Positions 39,632 through 53,100 of a DNA stretch of 64,000 nucleotides are shown here, piece by piece. The number at the start of each line of letters is the position of its first letter. The first letter of the stretch is position 1. The notes beneath the pieces are model-generated. The model worked only from the letters and a program-made list of their open reading frames with translations, made no database searches and was not told the DNA's origin. Origin of the DNA: Eledone cirrhosa (taxonomy: Eukaryota); the NCBI GenBank assembly GCA_964016885.1, contig OZ024743.1:301010001-301074000 (forward strand), in the 5' to 3' direction. The position numbers and the translations under genes are program-made.

Positions 39632-40010
39632 TCTTTTGTCAGTGTTGAACAAACGAACAACGATGGTTGCTGGACACTACGGCTTAATACGGGATGTTTG
39701 TTTACAAACACACAAAGCATTATAATAGATGTTTGGTGAATCCATACGTACACATATATATGTGTGCATGTATGTATATATATATACATACTACTGTACG
39801 TCGGTATACACAAAATGTATCTACGTATACATACTTATATTTAAGTAACAGCCGTACTAAGAGTGGGGAATGAAAGTTCGTTTCATTTTTTTCCGTTTGT
39901 CGTTTTCGGTGCACCCGGCCGATTAGCCCACTCGATATGCAAATTGGGCTACTCACCCGTTAATATGCATAACGTAAGTATATACGTTCAACAATCTGGC
40001 AGGAATGTAT

Positions 40011-40053
40011 ACGTTGCTGACGATAGCTAATAAGCTTGAAACTAGTACAGCGT
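40011..40053 (+). ncRNA. Minimal hammerhead, intact
   Basis: acgttg CUGACGA tagc taataa gctt GAAAC ta GUA cagcgt; palindromic P3 ACUAGU. Confidence 0.85.
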
Positions 40054-41020
40054 TCCTTTGACAGTGTTGAACAAACTAGCAAAGATGGTTGCTGGACACT
40101 ACGGCTTAATACGGAATGTTTGTTTACAAACACACCGAGCATTGTAATAGATGTTCGGTGAATCCATACGAACATATATATATGTGTGCATGTATGTATG
40201 TATATATACATACTACTATACGTCTGTATACATATATGTATGTACGTGTACATACTTATATTTAAGTAACAGCCGAATTAAGTGTGGGAAATGAAATTTC
40301 GTTTCATTTTTTCCGTTTATATATAGATACATTAATTTTTATGCTAATGAGCATTCGTAGTATGTATTTTTAACTTTATATATGGAAAACTGCATCCCCA
40401 ACAAATGTTGGAGATGCACAATGAATGCCACGGGTCAACAATTTATAAATATTGAAACAGCTGTCTGGCATTTCCAATGGCTACTGAGATATTTGTCACA
40501 TATTCATAGAACAAATGATAAAAATAATTTTTAATATAATAAAACATGTTTATCTTTGATAGCGTCGCTCCTATGTGTTTATTGCATATATACATATTAT
40601 ATGCTGCCATGTTTTATGGAACAGTATGTGCAAGCTATTAAACTATTTTCAGATTTATTCATATTTATTCATATTTTTCTATTGAGATATTTGCACCTGT
40701 TTTTGGAAAACATGGTGAAGCTTTCTACGATTTTGTCTTCGTCTTAAAATACAGAACGTCACATGTCTCTTATAATTTATCTTTTATTGCAAGCAAACAT
40801 ATTTTATGAAATATGCACTGATAAGGTGAAAACAACATCTGAACTGCAGTTGAATACTCTCATTTTAATGCTTACGAAGGAATATTTGAAAGTGTTAATG
40901 CATCACACTTCGTTCTTTTGATTGCATTGGTTTTTAATTAAAAATATACCTACATCTACCTTTTGTACTACATACGTATCATCATATATGAATATGTATA
41001 TCTATATCTATCTATCTATC

Positions 41021-41147
<127 letters not shown>

Positions 41148-41166
41148 ATATATATATATATATATT

Positions 41167-41201
<35 letters not shown>

Positions 41202-41202
41202 C

Positions 41203-41311
<109 letters not shown>

Positions 41312-41960
41312 ATGTATATGTGTGTGTGTGTGTGTGTGTGTGGGTGTGTGGGTGTGTGTGTGTGTGTGTGTATGTGTGTGTGTGAGCGTATCCTGTGTTC
41401 AATCGAGGGTAACCACAGTAAGCAGGGTACTCAATACATAGCAGACTATAGATTTTTAAAATATAGAAATGGCTTCTACAAGAGGAGATCTGTTTCATTC
41501 GACGAAAATCATCAGGATTTATATATATTCAGAGACACATATACAATCACCCGCTAACATACATGTGGTTGATTTGCGAACCATCGGAAAAATGAGGATA
41601 TTTCATAGTATGTTTACAATTACGCCGTCTGCCATAATGCAAAATAAAATAATTACTGCTTGAGAAATTCGGTGAAATCTGCCATGGTACTCTAAAAGTA
41701 TCGTCAGAACGACATATGTTGCGTATGTATAAGGGAATAGCACCATATCAGATTGGATTGTGATTACAAACGTTTTGAAGCTTTACATTGATGCAACGAG
41801 TATGTGTTTTTATTCCCATAGTTTCAAATTCATCAATTTCAAAGTGTGTTTGATTTCGGGGAAGCCACCCTCGTGCAAATAAGTATTACACAAAGCTTCA
41901 AAATTGTGTTAATTAGTGGTCAGATATATTTCGGCATAATGATTGAACTTTTCCTTTCGG

Positions 41961-42160
41961 NNNNNNNNNNNNNNNNNNNNNNNNNNNNNNNNNNNNNNNN
42001 NNNNNNNNNNNNNNNNNNNNNNNNNNNNNNNNNNNNNNNNNNNNNNNNNNNNNNNNNNNNNNNNNNNNNNNNNNNNNNNNNNNNNNNNNNNNNNNNNNNN
42101 NNNNNNNNNNNNNNNNNNNNNNNNNNNNNNNNNNNNNNNNNNNNNNNNNNNNNNNNNNNN
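41961..42160. other. Assembly gap (200 N)
   Basis: Direct reading. Confidence 1.
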
Positions 42161-42312
42161 GAAATAATTGACACATAAGCATTCAAAACTAGCAGTGATA
42201 TCTACATTGATGAATTCGGCTGTGTTTGCTTTATCGAGGACATATCCTGAAACCAAAATCTCTTTATCTTAAAAGCACTATTATGACTGGTTAAAAACGT
42301 TTAGAAAATACA

Positions 42313-42431
42313 CTATTACAACAGAATAGTGTCCCGAATAAAATACATACATGTATATATTTAAGTTTACACAAATTATACTTAAATATATACATGTATG
42401 TGTTTTATTCGGGATACTATTCTGTTGTAAT
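42313..42431. repeat. ~120-bp inverted repeat
   Basis: attacaacagaatagtgtcccgaataaaa...ttttattcgggatactattctgttgtaat. Confidence 0.8.
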
Positions 42432-42944
42432 CGTATCTTGTAGAAACAATTATTGCATTACCATCACATGAAGATATATATTTTTCGAAATTGTGAACAA
42501 TAATTAACTTATTGCCATACTATTACGTTAGATTCAGACTCCGCTAAACAAATTCAACTACCGCAGCACATTTTTTCGCATGATTTAAACATGTCACTAT
42601 ATATTCACACACAAACACAATCTCACATGTTGTTTTGCTTGTGAAAGTGTGAGGTACGTCCATACAGGTATACATTTGTGTATACCTGTATGGTGATGCA
42701 ATAATTGTTTCTACATTTGGCAAAATGCCATCAATTAGCCCTGTAATATTTCTCACCCATAATGGATTACTGTGTATAAATACCAACCAGTACGAGGTGA
42801 CAGCATGTTCATTCGTAGAAATATATTTTCGTATCAAACATTAAATATGTTCCGCATGTACAGACTGTCATTATTAATCTGATTGGCAGTATCTGTAGAG
42901 GGTCGGACGCCATAAATTGTAGCAGAGTTACGTTCCTTTACGGA

Positions 42945-43062
42945 GTGAGTTCAAATCTCGCTGAGGTTAACTTTGCCTTTTATCCTTACAGGGTTGATAA
43001 AATAAAGTACCAGTAATGTACTTGTAAATTGCTGGCCTTGTGCCAACAGTAGAAACGATTAT
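42945..43062 (+). mobile_element. tRNA-derived SINE, plus orientation
   Basis: gagttcaaatctcgctgaggttaactttgcc...gctggccttgtgccaacagtagaaacgattatt. Confidence 0.8.
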
Positions 43063-44014
43063 TAATCACAAGTCTAATTGTGTGAAAACACGTCCTGGTT
43101 TAAATTAAAAATAACCATACGTTGACACTACTAGCTATCCACACACATACACACATAATTGTTTGTGTATATATATTTACAAATGAATGGAAATATATGA
43201 GAAAGACTGTACTCAAAACTGAACTAATTACATTTCCTGATGAAAAAGATGATGTTTTATTTTTATATACATGAATGTGCAGTCGTTTCATTGCCGGCCT
43301 CTAAAATTAGTGAGGTATTAGGTGGTAAGCAAATGATCATCTTTGACTGCATCAGAGAAAAGTTATATAATGGACACGCAATTGTTAGCGTCATACATTA
43401 ATTATTCAGATTGCATGCTCGCTCTTGTACATTCTCTTATACACACATTACTAAACAAGCAGCATATCACACCTAATGTCCCTCACACACAAATCCTATC
43501 ACTTTACACCATTCAGGTCTTATATTTCTTAAATTGAAGCTATTCACTACATTTATAACTGTCGCAATCAATCTACATATGTTGTAATGATCTCCCGTAA
43601 CCATAAAAAAACATGCGAACAGTTGGGTCAGTAGTTAATCTGTTCTCAAAGTGATTCTGGCGGGTGTAGCAACGCACGACCAGCTGATTATGTTTACTAG
43701 CAATACACACTTCTTCTCTTCTCACATTCTCTCTTTCTTTCTTCCTGCCTTTCTTTCCTTTTCATAGCAATGTTATCATCGACACAACGACAATTTCTTG
43801 ATGCCTCACTATATTTATCCAAGGCTTAGACGAATTATAACTCCAAAAGAAAATCGAAACGCTTAGATTTTCCAAATTTATCAGACTTACATGAACATCC
43901 CCCATATGGCCCCATTAAGTCGTACACACACAATGTCGTCAATGGTGAGAACTTTGGCTAGTTTGGCTAAGATTTGACCAGCGTCGACTTACTGTGAATA
44001 TTCGAATTTTTGTA

Positions 44015-44732
44015 TATTGACGCCCTGGGTTGAAGTGGTATGTTGTCTTTAAAGCGTAGAAATATCCTAGACCCCCAGTAGACAACTGATCAGGAAAACT
44101 CCCCCCATCCTGTTCTTGCTTACATCGTATTCCCACTGCACACCGCCATTTGTATGCTCCATATATTTCATCATGTTTTTCGCCGTGACCATTCATATCT
44201 CCCCTTTTACCTACCTATTTTTCCCCTTTCTACTCTCACCCAATCTTTCTTCCCCTCCCTTTCTCCTTTCTACTCTTATCCCACTATCTTCATCTCCCTT
44301 TCTCCCGCTCACTTTCACCCCTCGTCTGACCGTTTGGCAGTTCTCTTCTCACTTAAAACTGCGGTGATCGGACGTGTGACTTTTCTCTCGATTACTCGGT
44401 CTCGAACTTAAGTTCTATTATCTAGTGGTCTTTGATTTCCTACCTATAGTTGCTCGCACATTGCGCGGTTTGTGTTTTTTTCGCTGTTTTGTTAGTTTCT
44501 CTTTTCTTCCCTTTTGCTTTCCTCCTCTTATTCCTTCGTTTTCCCAAAAACTTATCCTGTTATTGACGCCTTGGTGTGAAGTGGTATGTTGTCTTTAAAG
44601 CGTAGAACTATCCTAGACCCCCAGTAGACAACTGATGAGGAAAACTCCCACCCGCCCCTATTCTTGCTTTCTTCGTATTCCCACTGCATTTTAAGTTACC
44701 TTAAGTATCAACTACACAGCCATTTGTATTCT

Positions 44733-44735
<3 letters not shown>
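44015..44735. repeat. Unclassified repeat with partial tandem structure (~546-bp period)
   Basis: attgacgcc...ttaaagcgtagaa...gtattcccactgca at 44016 and 44562. Confidence 0.75.
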
Positions 44736-44774
<39 letters not shown>

Positions 44775-44819
44775 ATACATATATATATATATGTATATAT
44801 AACACATACACACACACAT

Positions 44820-44885
<66 letters not shown>

Positions 44886-46513
44886 GTATGTGTGTGTGTG
44901 TGAATTTGTGTATGTTTCTGCGTGTCTACGTGTGTTTATATATCCGTAACTATATATATACTATTCATATATACTATATATCATATAATATATATCAAAT
45001 ATAATATTCATATATAATATATAGAAACTTTCCAGCTACCACTTAGCAAACAAATAACAGTATCTCATGCATATAACATTTATATTTTGTACATATTCCA
45101 CTATGTTACACATAGGGACTCTTTCTTGCTTTGTTTTAAATAAAAAAGCTTACACCATTTCCTTTTCCCATGAGTATGCAATATGTGACATGTCATAACC
45201 TTAAAGCTATTAGCAGTTTCATCATGTATTTTCATGGATTGAAGAGTTAAAAGAATGATAAGATAAACGCGTATACGTATCAAGAAAAGATAAAGTCTAA
45301 TATGTTGGAAATTCAATGATTTAAATTGAAGAATAGTTTATGTAGGCGAGCATAAAGCAAAACAAAATAGGATGAACAGTAAAAAACATTGTGAAAAATA
45401 CAAATTGAAATAAATATATACAAAATAAATGTAAATATACTTCAGCCTTCAACATGAAGTTAATGGATAAACAAACATATATATATATATATCTGCAGGG
45501 GACATAGCAACTTGTATCTCAATTCTTCTTACAAACTAAAGCTTAAAATCTATCGCCGAACCAATATCAATACCAGCATAACTGCCACAAGCAGGGTTAT
45601 TACATACTGTTATTTTCATTTGGTTTTTATGGGTGATTGACTGTCATTATAGTCATTTCTGCTTTGAGACTACGACAATTAAACTTTGAAATCTTCGCAA
45701 TGCAATGCTTTTTACATCAAAAGAAGTGGAAGCATGGTTGGCTCATTCGCTTTCAATCACAATGGACAATACTTCATTTATCATTCATCATTACAGTCTA
45801 TCGTTCTTTTTTTCTCTTATTACAACTAAGCTCAATATAATGGCGAGGTGTTGGGGTCACACAAGTCCTAACTATCGCTATCTTAGTGCTACTTCTAATT
45901 AATTATAACAAACCAAGTTCACATTACGATATGCAAATTAGTATTTCCGGCAAAAATTCATCGGGCAAAATCTGGATAGGCTCCAGTCTATTTTAATCTC
46001 TTCGCCGGCGGAGTGAATGCCACTGATGACAGATTAACGGATCACCAAATAACTATCTGGTATTATCAGTGGCTTCGGAAATATCTGTCATACATTCATA
46101 TTGAAAAAGTGAAATAATAATTTTCGTCTAACGACAAAAAAAAAATTCCTTTCGTAGGGAGGCTCTCATATGTGTATCTATATACTACGAAAACTCTGTG
46201 ATTGCTTGCTTGCTCGTCTGTAATGTAATGCAGCCAAACAGGCGCATAACGGAAATATACTTTGAAATGAAGTTGACCCCGAAGGAAATCGCGTGAATCG
46301 GTACCTTCCAGGTATTTTCATATACAGAGAGAGAGAGAGGGAGAGAGGGGGAGAGAGAGAGTTGTTGTGAGAGGGTAGATTGAAAGAGAGACAGAGGGAG
46401 AGGAGACAGAGAAGGAGAATGGAGTAGAGAGAGAAAGAGAGGTGGTGTTGTGTATATATATATATATGTGAGTGTACATATATATATATATATATATATA
46501 TGGTCTTATATAT

Positions 46514-47688
46514 AGGTCTTGTTCAGAGCAGATCTTCACTCTCTGAAATATCATTGAACAATGTCGGGAGTTCCACAAGTCCCTTGTTGACAACTACATC
46601 GACTTCAGGAAAGCTTTCGACAGTGTTCATCGGGAGTCATTGTGGAAGATTGTAAGACTCTACGGTATCCCAGAGAAATATATTAACATATTCAGGTCGC
46701 TGTACCGACATTCCAGGTGCTGCGTTAGGACAAAGGACGGAATCACGGAAATGTTTGAGATCTTGACGGGTGTTCCACAAGGCTGCATCCTTTCGCCTTT
46801 CCTTTTATTCATTGTCATCGAATTCATCATGAAGAAGAAAATGAGTGACCCTCGTTTTGGCATCAGTTGGGATGGAAGGAGATTAAGCGACCTGGAATTT
46901 GCCGATGACATCGCAGTGAGAGGCCATTCTCGAGAAGACCTGCAAGAGATGACAAACGGTCTAAATGACAATGCAGAGAAAGTTGGCCTGCGCATCAGTT
47001 GTGAAAAAACCAAGACCATGTCGACAGGTGACACCCCAAATCCACCCATCATGGTTGTTCAGCGTAGCATTGAATGTGTAAACCACTTCCAATACCTTGG
47101 CAGCAACATCTCTGACGATGGGGATGCTGAGGTCGATGTGCGCACAAGGCTGGGTAAAGCAGCGGCGGTCTTCCAGCGACTCCGTCCAGTATGATGCAGG
47201 TGTTCCATCGGCAACGCTGTCAAATTCCGTGTTTACATGTCCATTGTAGTACCAACAGTGACATATGCCTGTGAGACATGGAAGATTAAGGAAAGTGTAT
47301 GTAACAAGCTAGATGTATTCCACCGTCGTTGCATTCGGACCATATTGAAAATTTCATGGAGAGACGAAGTTAGCAACAAGGAAGTGATGAGGAGGTCAGG
47401 ATTGGAGAGGTTAAGGGACATTGTCCGGAAAAGGAGACGGCGGTTCGCAGGCCACATCCTTCGTTTGCCGGCAGATCGACCTGCTCACATTGCCATCGAT
47501 TGGGTACCAGAATGTGGCAGGTGAGAACGAGGAAGACCGAGAAAAAGATGGCGGAGCACATTCAGGGAGGACCTGCGGAAGATGGGAATTACCTAGAGAG
47601 GTGCTAGAAGGGCCGCCAGTGACAGGATCAAGTGGAGGAAGCTCGTCGCCCGGTGTTCCACAAGGGACTGGAGGAACTAAAACTAAGA

Positions 47689-47692
<4 letters not shown>
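46514..47692 (+). mobile_element. 5'-truncated RTE-clade LINE (RT remnant)
   Basis: IDFRKAFDSV, GVPQGCILSP, EFADD, FQYLGS, YACETW, AGHILR; ctaaaactaagactaa tail; in-frame stops. Confidence 0.88.
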
Positions 47693-47763
<71 letters not shown>

Positions 47764-47769
<6 letters not shown>

Positions 47770-48310
47770 CGTAGTTAAGAAAGCCACAACAATGCAGAGG
47801 GAAATCTCGAGGTAGGAAGTGAATGATAGATAGGAGAAACAGGAGAAAGTGAAAATTGAGAGAGACAAAGATGAAAACAAAACAAAGGTAGAAGGGTTAC
47901 CGTAGTGGAGATTTAATCCCAATATTTAGGGCTCACGCCCATCAACGGGGGAAAGTTCCAAAAGGGGGGGAACAGGCCAAGCGGAGAAAGTTGTGATGTC
48001 GTTAAGACAGGAATGCCGGCATTCCTGTCTTAACGACATCACAACTTTCTCCGCTTGGCCTGTTCCCCCCCTTTTGGAACTTTCCCCCGTTGATGGGCGT
48101 GAGCCCTAAATATTGGGATTAAATCTCCACTACGGTAACCCTTCTACCTTTGTTTTGTTTTCATCTTTGTCTCTCTCAATTTTCACTTTCTCCTGTTTCT
48201 CCTATCTATCATTCACTTCCTACCTCGAGATTTCCCTCTGCATTGTTGTGGCTTTCTTAACTACGTATTTTACACATTTCACAATGCTTCAAGCAAACTT
48301 TAACACCCTC
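47764..48310 (+). repeat. ~508-bp near-perfect palindrome + ~40-nt tail in (TA)n
   Basis: 47764-48271 is symmetric about gccggc (48015-48020); both strands give the same ORF text. Confidence 0.92.
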
Positions 48311-48332
48311 ATATATATATATATATACACAT

Positions 48333-48381
<49 letters not shown>

Positions 48382-48387
48382 TATAGA

Positions 48388-48502
<115 letters not shown>

Positions 48503-48741
48503 ATGAATATAAAATGAAAGTGCGCTTTTTAAAAAGAGGAATTTATTAGGTATTGACATATGTTTCTGTAACAGGCGGAATACCTATGTATCGCTGCAAT
48601 TTTTCTGATTTTTTCCAATTTATCCAAAATCTCTGAAGAAGTGACAACTGATTATACATTTGCTATCGAATACATGCTAACATTATATGATTACGCAAGC
48701 AGCGATACATAGGTATTCCGTCTGTTACAGAAACATGTCAA

Positions 48742-49614
48742 TCTATATATATAAAACTGTGGTTGTCTGTCTGTCTATCGATTTTTGGCACACATCTCCG
48801 CTTAGAATCTCTCACGAAATTGCACCGAAATTACTATACTTGTACATTGAGTCCTAGCGAAGACATCGGAAAAAAAAATTTCAAATTGACCCACCCTATG
48901 TGACGAAATCGAATATAATGTATCGATTTTTGAGCGTAATTTATCAGTTATTTCCCTTTGTTCTGTTTACATTGAGCGTCTTACGTAAAAAATTACGCTG
49001 GCTTTCTCAGCGTTTACGAACAGTTGTCGAGCCAGCAAAATATTGACCTGCAAAATTCATCAGTTCGAACACTAAGCTTCCGTTTTGCTTCATTTCCATT
49101 TAAAAGCATTTTAAAACAATATTTTTACTTGAAAACAAGTCTATTTAAAGACTTCGTAAAACAAGCAAATATTTCGTCGTTAGGCGTGCAGACAGACAGT
49201 CGTGCAGAGAGGTGATATAGGCGTGCAGACAGACAGTCGTGCAGAGAGGTGATATAGGCGTGCAGACAGACAGTCGTGCAGAGAGGTGATGTAGGCGTGC
49301 AGACAGACATAACTGATAATTTGGTTACGCTAATGTTTTTCTCTGCGTTGTAGTGTTTACATTTTCGATCTTTGTTAATAAATAACCAGTGCAGTTTCTA
49401 TCCCCAGCATCCTCTTTTGTTATAACATTCAGGTTATCGTTATGTTTTCTTAACTTCATAAGGCATATTGTTGGTTGAGGGAATATTAATCAAAAATACC
49501 ACATGCAAGTCTGCACAGTAGACACTACAGTTTTTAAGCCAAAAAAGAAACTTAACATTGTAACTTTAACACAGCTACTGAGCGACCCCGAGCAACGCCG
49601 GGCTTTACTGCTAG
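48742..49614 (+). mobile_element. Non-autonomous Helitron
   Basis: 5' TC(tatatatataaaa), 3' hairpin cccgagcaacgccggg then CTAG, inserted between A and T with no TSD; the uninterrupted site gtcaa|tacctaataaattcc appears in the inverted arm and at ~57435-57455. Confidence 0.9.
49181..49309. repeat. 37-bp minisatellite x3.5 inside the Helitron
   Basis: taggcgtgcagacagacagtcgtgcagagaggtgata at 49181, 49218, 49255 and 49292. Confidence 0.95.
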
Positions 49615-49892
49615 TACCTAATAAATTCCTTTTTTTAAAAAGAGCACTTTCATTTTATATTCATCTTTTCTACATTTTCTCCAGAATATAATTTATACTC
49701 GTTGAGCAAACCTACACGTACGCTGTTTATCTCTAACGTAACGATATATTATCACTACATTATTGATAACCTGAAATTATATATATATATATATATATAA
49801 AGATTTACATATACATAAAGTCACCGATATATATGTGGCAACCGGTCACGATGTGGCTCAATGAAAAATTAATAAATTAAACAATCAGAGCA

Positions 49893-50066
49893 ATATATCA
49901 TAAATCATGTCCTTAGAATTATTATATAAAATATATAACATTTCCTCTCCCAATTAGTATAATTAACTTATAGCCTGGTCTAATTGATTTTTTATATGGT
50001 TAATTATGCTAATTAGGAGAGGAAATGGTATATATTGTATCCAATAATTCTAAGGACATGATTTAT

Positions 50067-50073
<7 letters not shown>
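49893..50073. repeat. ~180-bp imperfect inverted repeat
   Basis: cataaatcatgtccttagaattatt...aataattctaaggacatgatttatg. Confidence 0.8.
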
Positions 50074-50113
<40 letters not shown>

Positions 50114-50118
<5 letters not shown>

Positions 50119-53100
50119 GGTTATGACATTAAACTACATCCAGTGGCAAGGCTCCAGTTTGGGAGTTCAGGAGTTGTGGGGAATGTGTAGTTACCCCTTA
50201 GTTGTCATGACTCCCAGGTCTGCCCTGGCCCAGGGTGGTAGTACCTGTTAGGGCTCCATTTATGGGTTAAATAACTACCTTATTCGAGTGGCGCCGGTAA
50301 GGTATTGACAGCCATTGAAAAGAAATATGGAGAGTCGATCTAACAACACTAGGGCTAGAGCCCCTAATTACACTGTCAAGGAGCAGCCTGGTCGTTATGA
50401 CTCTGCTGGCTCAGAGCCACAGAGAGTGCAAGTGGATGATGGATCAGCCGTCTCTGAGACAAATATAAAGAATGCAATTTTGTCTTGCAGAAGAACCATC
50501 AAAATGGGCACTTTGAATGTGAGGACTATTCGGACGCTGGAGAAGAGAGAGGAGTTGGGACATCTGTTCGAGGAGAGTGGTATACAGATACTTGCGATCC
50601 AAGAATACAGGATCCTACACGATGAGCCCGTGAGGAGTGTGATGATTGGGAAGAGGAGCCAGCTCATCACTGCATCGGCAGTGAAGAACACAACAAATGC
50701 TGCAGTAGGAGGAGTGAGTTTGTGTTCAGTGCAAAAACCAATCTGTTGGTGAGGTAAATAATGCCTATCTCCCCGCAAGTGTTGAGGGTGACCTTCAATG
50801 GAAACCCAAGACTGACAGTCATCTCAGTCTATAGTCCAACCGAGGGGGACAGTGATGTGAGTGCGGAAGGGTTCCATGAGGAGGTGTGTAGAGCTGTCAA
50901 CACCACTCAGGCACACAATATCCTGCTTGTTTTGGGGGACTTCAATGCACATCTGATTAAGGAGGGCAGTGAAGATCCTTGCTGGTACTTCCATAACAAC
51001 ACTAACCGAAATGGAAGACTACTGAGAGACACCCTGCTGGAGGCGAACTTGATGGTGACCAACCTAAGGTTTAGGAAGAATCTGGGGAAAATGTGCATCT
51101 ACATCTCAGATATGTACCTGTCCAAGTCCCAGATTGATTTCATTCTGGTAAGGAAGAAGTGGTGGAATAATGTTCTGAACAAAGAACCATACAACTATTT
51201 CAGTACACTGGGTAGTGACCACCGGCTTGTTATGAGTGAGATCCGGGTGAGCTTAAGAAAGAGCAAGGCTCAGCCCCGGAGAGCAATATATGACTGGGGA
51301 GCTTTCAAGGAAGATGATAAGCTACAGGAGAGGTTCACAGTGGAAGTGAGAAACAGGTTTAGTGCTCTGTGTGGAGAGTCAGAGGAGAGAGATATTGGAT
51401 GGACTGAGGAGAGTGTGACGAGGAGGTACGAGCACTTCACCAATGCAGTGGCGGAAGCAAGTGAAACCCTGGTGCCGAGGAAAGTGAACAAAGGGAAGCA
51501 CGTCAGCTCTGCAAACACAAAAGTGTGTGCAGCCAGATAACACCTGAAAGCTGCCAAAAACCAATTCTATGCTGATCCTGCGAAGGAGAGGATGGAGACT
51601 GTGGAGGTGATGAGGGAAAAGCTCTGTACCGCTTACACTGGTATCAGAGAGGAGGCACTGCTAGAGAAGATTAGAAGTGTGGAGAGAGCGGTTGACAGAT
51701 CTGGATGTAAGGAGAGCTGGATGATCATCAACGAGATCACAGGGAGGAAGAGAAGGTGTTCGAGTCAGATCCAGGGAACGGGGTCCGAGGATAGGAAGAG
51801 GAAATGGCTAGACCAGTTTAGGACCCTACTAGGAGAGCCAACACCCACATCCCAGAGCACCAGGGAGATCAGGCGGCTGTTTGAGGAACTGGATGTTGAG
51901 ACAGAGCCCTTTACCAGAGAGGAGCTTCAGAGAGCCAAGAAGAAGATCAAGGAGGGCAAGGCTCATGGAGAAGATGGAGTGGCATCAGAGGTGATGAAGA
52001 GGTGTGATTTTGATGATATCATCCTGGGGTTCTGTAACGGGACACTGGAGAAGGGAGTTGCCCCGAATCAGTGGAGGATCAGTAACATCGTCCCAGTGCC
52101 AAAGAAGGGATATCTCTCTAACACCAACAACTACAGGGGGATCTCACTGAAGTCACTTGTGGCAAAGACCCTCAACAGGATGATTCTTAACAGGATCAAG
52201 CCTGAGATGGAGAAGAAGCTCAGGGACAACCAGAACGGCTTCAGAGTGGGTATATCGACCACCAGTCACATTCTGATGCTGAGGAGGATATTAGAGGGAG
52301 CTAGAGAAAAGTGCCTTCCTGCGGTCATGGTTTTCGTTGACTTTAGGAAGGCCTTTGATTCTGTGGACCGTTACTGCCTGATTAAGATCTTACAGGCTTA
52401 TGGAATCCCCAAGAGGATAGTGGACCTGATATCACTGCTCTACACCAACAGCAAAGCCCAAGTCATTACACATGATGGGATGACTGAGTTCTTTGAGATA
52501 CTGGCTGGAGTGCTCCGGGGAGATACATTGGCTCCCTACCTTTTTATCATCGTAGTGGACTATTGTATGCGCCTTGCACTGGAGATACACCAGGACTCTG
52601 GCTTTACTGTAGCACCGGCTCATAGCAGGAGAGTAAAGACGAAAAAGATATCGGATACTGAATTTGCCGACGACATAGTTTTAGTGACAAATACAGTGAA
52701 GGAGGCAGAGGATTTGATGCGTGAGGTTGAGACTGTGTCGATGAGTGTGGGGCTGAGGATGAATGAGATTAAAACAAAATATCTGGTAGAGAATGTTGAG
52801 AAGCCAGAGGGGATCACTAATGTAGGCGGCAAGCCGCTAGAATTGGTTGAGGGCTTCCTGTATTTGGGAGCAAACATTGGGAATACGGAAGATGATGTGG
52901 TTGAGAGGAAGAGCAAGGCCTGGGCGGCGTGCCACAGCTTGAGATCGGTGTGGAAGTCGAACCTTCGTAGAGACCTGAAAGTCCGCCTCTTCATTGCTGT
53001 AGTGGCGTCTGTGCTGCTGTATGGGTCTGAGACTTGGAAACTGACCAAGAAACTCACTCAGATGGTGGAAGGGTGCTACACGAGAATGCTGGGGATGGCT

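Larger units (their letters stand above)
39301..40320 (+). mobile_element. Retrozyme-like non-coding tandem repeat (~2.4 units of ~422 bp), one minimal HHR per complete unit
   Basis: Units start ~39301, 39721 and 40142; HHRs at 39589 and 40011; (TA)n flanks. Confidence 0.82.

Noticed and set aside
41846-42256. ORFs spanning X runs
   Set aside because: Artefacts of the N gap.
42544-42837. 97-aa minus-strand ORF
   Set aside because: Overlaps a diverged SINE-like end (aataattgtttctac...); no protein motif.
49181-49309. 37-bp repeats resembling a CRISPR array
   Set aside because: Contiguous tandem units with no spacers, inside a Helitron, in eukaryotic DNA with no cas genes.
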